From Bacteroidia bacterium (GTDB taxonomy: Bacteria; Bacteroidota; Bacteroidia; NS11-12g; UBA9320), in contig CBDCFW010000006.1 of assembly GCA_965216465.1 (NCBI GenBank), forward strand, positions 853,244 through 917,243: DNA of 64,000 nt, given 5' to 3'. This document shows positions 57,434 through 64,000 of the stretch, piece after piece. Every line of letters starts with the position of its first letter. Position 1 is the stretch's first letter. The notes beneath the pieces are model-generated. The model had not been told where the DNA came from. It saw only the letters and a program-made list of their open reading frames with translations, and did not search any database. The translations under genes were made by a program, and so were the position numbers.

Positions 57434-57928
57434 TTAGCCTTTTCTAATCTTTTCAATAATAGAAGTACTGCTGTGACCTTCTAAGAATGGAATCACTTCC
57501 ACCTTACCACCATCTTTAATGACCTCTGTAGCTCCTACAATGGTTTCAAATGTATAGTCGCCACCTTTTACCAAGATATCTGGCTTAACTGTTGTAATCA
57601 GCTCTAATGGGGTTTCTTCTCCAAAATAAACCACAGCATCCACAAAAGCCATTGCTGCCAATTTAGTTGCTCGAGTTTGTTCTTGAATTACGGGTCTATT
57701 TTCTCCTTTCAGTTTTGAAACCGATTGATCGGTGTTGATTCCAATCACTAATCGGTCACCGAGATCCGCTGCCTTACTTAGGTAATCTATATGACCAAGG
57801 TGTAATAAGTCGAAACATCCATTGGTAAATACAATTCGATCATTGAACGATTTCCATACTTCAACTTGCTCAGCCAATTCGGTGTAGCTTGTATAGATTT
57901 TTTCTTCAATGAGTTGTTTCCACTCCAT
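57434..57928 (-). CDS. D-glycero-beta-D-manno-heptose 1-phosphate adenylyltransferase (RfaE domain II, cytidylyltransferase-like)
   Basis: IVFTNGCFDLLHLGHIDYL carries the HxGH motif. The size (164 aa) is right for the stand-alone RfaE-II domain. Confidence 0.75.
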   Translation of the reverse strand: MEWKQLIEEKIYTSYTELAEQVEVWKSFNDRIVFTNGCFDLLHLGHIDYLSKAADLGDRLVIGINTDQSVSKLKGENRPVIQEQTRATKLAAMAFVDAVVYFGEETPLELITTVKPDILVKGGDYTFETIVGATEVIKDGGKVEVIPFLEGHSSTSIIEKIRKG

Positions 57929-58988
57929 TCTTCTTAATTTTTTGCGATTGAACGATGAACGATATTACAGAGAATATTCCTACTCCAATGATAACAATAA
58001 ATTGCACGGCATGCGTAATTAATGTATAAGAGCCTGCTATTAATGAATCAATTCCATAAAGTGCTAAAGCTGCTGGAACCAATATTTCAAAGGTACCAAC
58101 ACCGCCAGGAACAGGAACAATCATCGCAGCAGTTCCAAAAAGTAAAACGGTTAATCCAGCAGAAACGCCTAAATGTGCAGTTCCTTCCAGTGCAAATAGA
58201 GTAAAGTAAGGCATGCAGAAGTACATGGCCCATATAAAAAGACTATAAAAAATAAATAATCCCTTTTTCTCTAGTGCAAAAATGGTTTTGAAACCATCTA
58301 ATATCCCCTCGATAAAGTCTTTAAACTTATTAATAATAGGCAAGGTGTAAATCCACTTTCTCTTTTTGTATAGAATGCCAATAATGAGCAATCCAAATAA
58401 ACCTACTACAGCATAAATGATGAGCGAATTTGCGTTTATAGGGGAAAACAAGTCAGTTGCAAATTCATAGATGGTGTCAAACAAAAGAAAGAAGATCCCA
58501 ATCGCAATCAACACCGTAATTATTAAATCAATAACTCTCTCAACAACCACAGTTCCTACCAGTTTGTTGAAAGGAATATTCTCCAACTTCGAAAGTACCG
58601 CAGGCCGTGTAATTTCACCAACTCTTGGAAGTGCAAAATTGACCAGGTATCCAAGTATTACAGCATGAAAACTGTTTGTTGGCCTGGCATTATACCCCAT
58701 GGGTGTAAGCAACAGGTTCCATCGCAAAGCTCTAGCTAAATGGCTAAGCACGCCACAAAACATGGAAAGAGCAATCCACTTGTAATCGGCATTTCTGATT
58801 TCATGAACAAGGTCACCCAAGTCTTCCTTTCCCAAGGCCCAATAAAATAGTCCAACACCTAAGGTGAGGAATACAACTGTGTTGATGATGGTTTTAGTTT
58901 TCTTATTCAAGAATAGCTTTGTTTTGATGATCAGGGAATACGAGATGTGGAGTATAAGATTTGGCTTCGTTAAACTCCATGAGTGCAA
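57906..58988 (-). CDS. UPF0104 / flippase-like (LPG-synthase-TM-like) membrane protein, paralog of 15635..16702. The start is uncertain.
   Basis: Polytopic and glycine-rich, with VPGGVGTFE near the C-terminus. The ORF's 5' 85 nt overlap panD, so the true start is probably internal or non-ATG. Confidence 0.65.
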   Translation of the reverse strand: MHSWSLTKPNLILHISYSLIIKTKLFLNKKTKTIINTVVFLTLGVGLFYWALGKEDLGDLVHEIRNADYKWIALSMFCGVLSHLARALRWNLLLTPMGYNARPTNSFHAVILGYLVNFALPRVGEITRPAVLSKLENIPFNKLVGTVVVERVIDLIITVLIAIGIFFLLFDTIYEFATDLFSPINANSLIIYAVVGLFGLLIIGILYKKRKWIYTLPIINKFKDFIEGILDGFKTIFALEKKGLFIFYSLFIWAMYFCMPYFTLFALEGTAHLGVSAGLTVLLFGTAAMIVPVPGGVGTFEILVPAALALYGIDSLIAGSYTLITHAVQFIVIIGVGIFSVISFIVQSQKIKKNGVETTH

Positions 58989-59256
58989 ATGATATGATGA
59001 TTACAACATCGCCTTTGGCAGCCTTACGTGCCGCAGCACCATTCAGACAAATCATTCCGCTTCCTCGTTTTCCAGCAATTGCATAAGTTTCAAGTCGTTC
59101 ACCATTGTTGTTATTTACAACCAATACTTTTTCGCCTTCAATTAAATTGGCTGCATCCATAAGATCCTCGTCTATGGTAATACTGCCCACATAATCAAGT
59201 TCAGTTTGAGTAACTTTAGCTCTGTGAATCTTTGATTTTAGTACTTCAATTAACAT
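58903..59256 (-). CDS. panD: Aspartate 1-decarboxylase
   Basis: [44 protein letters not shown]...[19 protein letters not shown] aligns with E. coli PanD, including the self-cleavage Gly-Ser. Start is taken at MLIEV, not the longer ORF. Confidence 0.85.
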   Translation of the reverse strand: MLIEVLKSKIHRAKVTQTELDYVGSITIDEDLMDAANLIEGEKVLVVNNNNGERLETYAIAGKRGSGMICLNGAAARKAAKGDVVIIISFALMEFNEAKSYTPHLVFPDHQNKAILE

Positions 59257-59356
59257 CTCTTTAATTGGGTCTGGCAAAAGTAATTGATAAACTGAAATAC
59301 CTCTTATCAATTCTATTGACCATCTTATTAATCCGCTATAAGATAGTAACAAAGTT

Positions 59357-59866
59357 GTGCGTCAATTGATTATGCAACGAATATTTAAATCCACACCCGA
59401 GATCACAAGCGGTTCGATGGCAGACATTGCTTTCTTGCTGCTCATTTTTTTCCTGGTCACCACAACCATTGATGTTGATTACGGAATCTCTACTAACATT
59501 TCAAAACCCTTTGATGTGCCCGACAGCCTGAGTTTGGAGGTATCAACACTTGTTCTTAACCAACAAGGGGCAATGCTCTTAGACGATAAGGATGTTAAAT
59601 TCAATGACTTAAGCCAAAAAATTGCTGAAGACTTTAACAATCAGGCCTCAGTAAAAAACGTATTGCTTGTAAAGTCAGAGCGAAATGTCGACTACGAATT
59701 ATTTATCAGCGCCCTGAATGAAAGCAAAAAAGGGTTTAAGGTTTTCTACGACCGAATGGCACGAGAAAAATATAATTCAACATACGTTGAACTTTCAGAC
59801 AGTAACAAAGTTCAGCTTAAGTTGCTTCATCCGGTATCATTGGCTGAAGATGTTATTGAGCTTTAA
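59357..59866 (+). CDS. exbD: ExbD/TolR-family biopolymer transport protein
   Basis: [17 protein letters not shown] is a single N-terminal TM helix typical of ExbD. The remainder is periplasmic. Confidence 0.65.
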   Translation: MRQLIMQRIFKSTPEITSGSMADIAFLLLIFFLVTTTIDVDYGISTNISKPFDVPDSLSLEVSTLVLNQQGAMLLDDKDVKFNDLSQKIAEDFNNQASVKNVLLVKSERNVDYELFISALNESKKGFKVFYDRMAREKYNSTYVELSDSNKVQLKLLHPVSLAEDVIEL

Positions 59867-62304
59867 AACTTAATGAACTTCGCTCTGTATTGAAGATCGT
59901 CATCAGTTAAGTGCAAGTAGTACATTCCAGGAGTTAATTCACCAACAAACAGCTTTTGCTGATTGGTATTGCCGGCCATTACCTGTTTTCCTGAAGTATT
60001 AAGAATGCTATAATCGACACGCTGAACTCCATCCGGAAGTTCAAAGTGTATGTGATTCCAAGTTGGGTTAGGGTAGATGTCTACTTGGCTCTTTAAAGGA
60101 GATTGTGGTACAGAAACCAATTCATTGTCTACAATGGCATAAACCCAATTGGTCAATTCTGGATCGAAGTAATCAAATGTTACATTAGCTTGATTTGTAA
60201 GCACTATGCCTTCACTTATTTCATCTGTCAATCCAAGTTCGAAGGCCACATAGCCTCTGTTGTTAACAATTTCTGGGTTCTTGCTGGGGTTGGGTGGCAG
60301 ATTGATGTTGTTAAAGGTGTATACGATTATTCCAATGTTTGTTCCTGGTTGTCCTGAATAAATTTGAATAGAGTAAGGATGACTCGCTCCCAATTCTCTA
60401 ACATGCGTTAAACTGTGATTAAGTCCTATGGTGTCAACAACGTAAACATTTCGGATAGTGTCGGTGGTGTAATTCGCAAATGAAATTTGATATTGAATTT
60501 TGTCTGAAGTATCTGAAATGTAGGCCGTATCACCTCCAATACTAGGGAATACCTGTTTTTTAAATTCGAAATCACCTTCTTCCAGGTATTGAGTAAGTGA
60601 TGATGAGTTATCAAAGATTTCTTCTTCATTTTCTTGCAGCTCAATCGATGCCTCAAGTTCAACGGTGTTAGATGTGTTATCAGTCAGTTCAAATTCGCAG
60701 GCTATTTGACGTGATTCACCTGAATAAAAATCTGCAATAGTCCAAACGGCACTGTCGCCTGCTATCAAGTCCGGAGCGGGTTTAGCAGCAAGACCATCCA
60801 ACTTTTGGTCAAAGTGCAATACAACCTTGGTTTCGGCAACATCCGAAGAGCCTTTGTTTGTGATGTCAATTCGATAAGCATTATGTCTATTTTTCAAAGC
60901 TGCCAACCCTGATGTCGATGTTAAATTTACACTCAAGTCGTTCTTTCCTAAGTATTGCAGCATTGCAAAGCTTGCTGAATCGTGAACCTGACCTTTTCTA
61001 ACGTTAACTTTAATTTCATCACCGTTACACTCACTGGCATACCAGTATTTGCGGGTTAATATTTTAAATGAGTGATTTCCTTCTTCAAGTATCGCAAAGA
61101 ACCTTCCGTTATCATTTGGTCGGATAATTATGTTTTCGGGCAATACCTGAATCGCCATTATGTTGAGTTGTTCATCGCGATTGTTGAATATACAGTTCTT
61201 GTCTTTATCGAAAAACACACGGCCAGTTACTATTCCGGCGTTTGGAACATATTGGGCAATTCTCCTTAAATCAACAGATGAAAATCCAGTGAAATGACCC
61301 GTTGCAACAAGTGTGTTTTTATAATTTACAAGTCGTGTTAGTCCCAAAAGTGAACCATTTTTTAATGCGTGCCATTTACCTCCATCGAGTACAATCAATC
61401 TTGTTTCAGTTTGGTCATTATCGTCCATGGTAAATACGCCACTAGCATACAATACTCCATCAACTTGAATGAGGTCATAGATTTTTGAAATTTCAGCTAT
61501 TCCGTGTTCAATGGTGTCTATACCAGATCCTGAAACTTTATAAATGCCAGATTGAGAAGAGTTGAGTTTATTTCCAAAAAAGTAAATTAAGCTGTTGTGC
61601 ACCGCTATTTTTTGTGGAATGATTGGATTATTGGTTAAACGGGTCCAAAGACCATTCTTGAAATAAGCTAATTGTGCCGCGGCTTGACCACTTACCTTAC
61701 TGAATCTACCTCCAATTACAAGCATGTCATCTTGTTCAGCATTAATATATCCAATATTCCCTAGCACACCTGTTCCAAAATTTACAGGCATAGCAACAAG
61801 CTCATTCCCATTGTAAACAATTAAATCATCTCCGTTTATCGAAGCAGTATTTTTAAGTGGACCATAAATGAGTAATCGATTGCTATACGTAGTCATTCCA
61901 TCAACAAAAGTGAAACTGGTTAGCTTGCGTTGTATTACTGGAATAGAGGAGTACTTACGATCCTTCCAAACAACAAGATTTCTTGAAGAGTCTAGGTCAT
62001 TTACTTGCTTAAACTTACCTCCAATGTAAAGCTCGCCTTTAAATAATGCGAGCGAAGTAATCAGCCCCAACGAGTCGGTCTTAATTTGTGGCAGCATTTG
62101 CCAATAAATTCCATTCCATACACTTATTTGGTGAGTTCTTGTGCTTCCATCAGTAGAAACAATATGAGCTGTCAGCAACAAATGATTAAAAGTTGCAGTA
62201 GCAGTTGGAGCATTGGTCAAACCTGAGCCCAAAGGTCTCCAAACTTGTGCCTGACTGCCTATAACGGCTATCAATAAGCTATAAACTATTATTAATCTTC
62301 TCAT
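59863..62304 (-). CDS. Large secreted protein with a T9SS C-terminal sorting domain (beta-propeller/Ig-like repeats)
   Basis: Signal peptide MRRLIIVYSLLIAVIGSQAQV. The C-terminus VDIYPNPTWNHIHFELP...[21 protein letters not shown] is a Por_Secre_tail. Confidence 0.75.
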   Translation of the reverse strand: MRRLIIVYSLLIAVIGSQAQVWRPLGSGLTNAPTATATFNHLLLTAHIVSTDGSTRTHQISVWNGIYWQMLPQIKTDSLGLITSLALFKGELYIGGKFKQVNDLDSSRNLVVWKDRKYSSIPVIQRKLTSFTFVDGMTTYSNRLLIYGPLKNTASINGDDLIVYNGNELVAMPVNFGTGVLGNIGYINAEQDDMLVIGGRFSKVSGQAAAQLAYFKNGLWTRLTNNPIIPQKIAVHNSLIYFFGNKLNSSQSGIYKVSGSGIDTIEHGIAEISKIYDLIQVDGVLYASGVFTMDDNDQTETRLIVLDGGKWHALKNGSLLGLTRLVNYKNTLVATGHFTGFSSVDLRRIAQYVPNAGIVTGRVFFDKDKNCIFNNRDEQLNIMAIQVLPENIIIRPNDNGRFFAILEEGNHSFKILTRKYWYASECNGDEIKVNVRKGQVHDSASFAMLQYLGKNDLSVNLTSTSGLAALKNRHNAYRIDITNKGSSDVAETKVVLHFDQKLDGLAAKPAPDLIAGDSAVWTIADFYSGESRQIACEFELTDNTSNTVELEASIELQENEEEIFDNSSSLTQYLEEGDFEFKKQVFPSIGGDTAYISDTSDKIQYQISFANYTTDTIRNVYVVDTIGLNHSLTHVRELGASHPYSIQIYSGQPGTNIGIIVYTFNNINLPPNPSKNPEIVNNRGYVAFELGLTDEISEGIVLTNQANVTFDYFDPELTNWVYAIVDNELVSVPQSPLKSQVDIYPNPTWNHIHFELPDGVQRVDYSILNTSGKQVMAGNTNQQKLFVGELTPGMYYLHLTDDDLQYRAKFIKF

Positions 62305-62307
62305 ATT

Positions 62308-63699
62308 CTACTTGTTTAAATGGTAATACACACCAACTCCAAATCCATATCGAGTAAACTTTTGTTTGATCACTGTAGATGAAAGGGTATTGGTTAAATC
62401 CTGGCTAATGCTGGTGTTAAGTTGCAAGGTAAATTGCTGATTCATGCGATAATTAAGTCGAATAGATCCACCGGCATCTATTAATAGTTTGTTTAGGGGT
62501 AGGTCGTTTAATGAAGTTGGTTTAATTCCTGTAGAAAGTACATCTCCTTTGGCTCCAACTAACACACCAATGTTTGACTGCAGATTGGTTTCTACATTAA
62601 ATCTTGTACTGATATAGAATGTTTTTCCAAGTAGCACAGGAACAGAAATGTAACTATACGTTGGGCTCGAGAACTGACTATTCAGTGTTGTGTCTCTATA
62701 GTTAAAATAGAAGTAATCTACCGTATCTTGGCCAATAATGTGAGGTATGCTATCAAACAGTTGGTACGTCAACGCTTGTGTTGATTGCCCTTTTTGTAGG
62801 AATGAAATACCAGTTCCTAAGTTCAAAGATTTCATATTCATCTTGTACATAAGGTCGTATGACATCAATACGCGACTGGTCTCGTTTTGTGCTCTGTAAT
62901 TCTCATAATCTTGGTGCTCGGCTGCTCCAGCAATTGACTGTGAATTAATCATCGGATTGATGTTAAATCCGATTGTTGGATTTGTAAAGCGTGGTGGTTG
63001 TGGTAATGTACCTGCATTCACTTTGGTGTCTGGTTCCTTTGAAGCTTTAATGGCATTGCGGTCTAAAACGTAAGGTATTTCATCTAAACCAATGGATTTT
63101 ATAGAGAAGCTATGAATCTCAGCTAATGTGTACTCTTTTCGTATAGTAAGATCTGCTATTGAGGGAGTTGGTTTAGGTTCCATTGGTTTTGTTAATGGAG
63201 TTTCATCCGCTGGTACTTCATCTTCCGAACTTGGAGTTGAATTATTTGCTGGCTGCTCAATAACCGGACTTGCATCAACAACTTCAACTTCCTCTGAACT
63301 ACTCGCACTTACTTGTTCCGCTATTGGGTTACTTGGCTCTGAAACAGTCTCGCTTATCGTATTAGAAGTCTCAGAAATGGCTTCTTCAGCTGACAACTCT
63401 TCTTGAGATGTTCTCTCTTCAGTTGAAATTTCATTTAGCTCATCAAAGTTTGTCTCTGCAACAAGTTCCGTTTCGGCGTCATTGTTTTCAGTGGTACTAT
63501 CTGACTTTGAAGCCACAACATACCAAACCCCAGCAGAAAGAAGGAGGGCAGGCAATAACCAAATCCACCATCCAAAGCGTTTCTTCTTAGGATGCAATTC
63601 ATTGGCAATAGCATCCCACTCGTTACCGGTTAATGGTAACTCGCTGTCGTTCAAAAGGTCTTTGAACAAATCGTCGATATGCTTCTTTTGCTTAGCCAA
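62308..63699 (-). CDS. Putative anti-sigma factor: short cytoplasmic N-terminus, one TM helix, acidic Ser/Glu-rich linker and a C-terminal beta-rich (outer-membrane-barrel-like) domain
   Basis: TTG start overlapping the stop of the upstream ECF sigma gene. TM helix WWIWLLPALLLSAGVWYVVA. The C-terminus has alternating hydrophobic strands ending GFGVGVYYHLNK. Confidence 0.5.
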   Translation of the reverse strand: MAKQKKHIDDLFKDLLNDSELPLTGNEWDAIANELHPKKKRFGWWIWLLPALLLSAGVWYVVASKSDSTTENNDAETELVAETNFDELNEISTEERTSQEELSAEEAISETSNTISETVSEPSNPIAEQVSASSSEEVEVVDASPVIEQPANNSTPSSEDEVPADETPLTKPMEPKPTPSIADLTIRKEYTLAEIHSFSIKSIGLDEIPYVLDRNAIKASKEPDTKVNAGTLPQPPRFTNPTIGFNINPMINSQSIAGAAEHQDYENYRAQNETSRVLMSYDLMYKMNMKSLNLGTGISFLQKGQSTQALTYQLFDSIPHIIGQDTVDYFYFNYRDTTLNSQFSSPTYSYISVPVLLGKTFYISTRFNVETNLQSNIGVLVGAKGDVLSTGIKPTSLNDLPLNKLLIDAGGSIRLNYRMNQQFTLQLNTSISQDLTNTLSSTVIKQKFTRYGFGVGVYYHLNK

Positions 63700-64000
63700 T
63701 GTTAAATCTTTCTTTTACAATTGTTTTTAGCAACTTCCGAGCTCTAGCTAATTGAGACTTAGAAGTTCCTTCGCTAATATTTAGTTTCTCTGCAATCTGC
63801 TTATGGGTAAACCCATCTATGGCATACAAGTTAAAAACCATTTTATATCCATCGGGTAATTCGTTGATCGCTTTGTATAAGTCAGCTACTTTGATTTGAT
63901 CATCATCGTATTCAACTTCATCAACATAAGATTCGCCTGAAGCCTTGTAGATGTCTTCATCGCTATCGTAGTAGTTGAATTTAATACTCCCCTTAAAATG
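63692..64000 (-). CDS. ECF sigma-70 factor, 3' portion only (N-terminus lies beyond the window edge)
   Basis: The minus-strand translation ...LPDGYKMVFNLYAIDGFTHKQIAEKLNISEGTSKSQLARARKLLK is sigma-70 region 4.2. Its stop overlaps the anti-sigma start. Confidence 0.75.
   Translation of the reverse strand, partial: HFKGSIKFNYYDSDEDIYKASGESYVDEVEYDDDQIKVADLYKAINELPDGYKMVFNLYAIDGFTHKQIAEKLNISEGTSKSQLARARKLLKTIVKERFNIG

Overview
The window is a low-GC, Bacteroidetes-type chromosomal segment. Evidence for the phylum: three T9SS C-terminal sorting domains, TAnnTTTG -7 promoter boxes, and a 287-aa RpoD. The 5' end of the window cuts into a UvrD-helicase/RecB-nuclease fusion gene. About two thirds of the window is conserved housekeeping. 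This includes accB-accC, the yceD-rpmF-plsX-fabH cluster, pdxA, an NAD-isocitrate dehydrogenase, rpoD, a SAM-I riboswitch-controlled metB-like/hom operon, rplY(ctc)-prs-tRNA-Gln, recQ, kpsF, manC-like, tag, apbC plus nfu, tdk, comEC, an enoyl-CoA hydratase, tatD-tRNA-Ser, rfaE-II, panD and exbD. Between these sit accessory or poorly characterised modules. (1) A 765-aa E1-like (ThiF-type) adenylyltransferase fused to two probable nitroreductase-fold domains, translationally coupled to a 236-aa unknown protein and a 7TMR-DISM histidine kinase, with a divergent orphan receiver. (2) A CarH/LitR-type B12 photoreceptor regulator beside an ECF sigma / anti-sigma / periplasmic LTXXQ-protein operon. 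(3) An arginase-fold gene broken by two frameshifts, with all metal ligands substituted. (4) An SGNH + MBOAT O-acylation pair behind kpsF and manC. (5) A truncated NqrB/RnfD-like membrane protein lacking the flavinylation motif, paired with a secreted protein. (6) A membrane protein coupled to a radical SAM/SPASM enzyme. (7) A 102-bp tandem repeat array after tRNA-Ser. (8) An ECF sigma - anti-sigma - T9SS cargo operon at the 3' edge of the window. No CRISPR arrays, transposases or integrases were seen.
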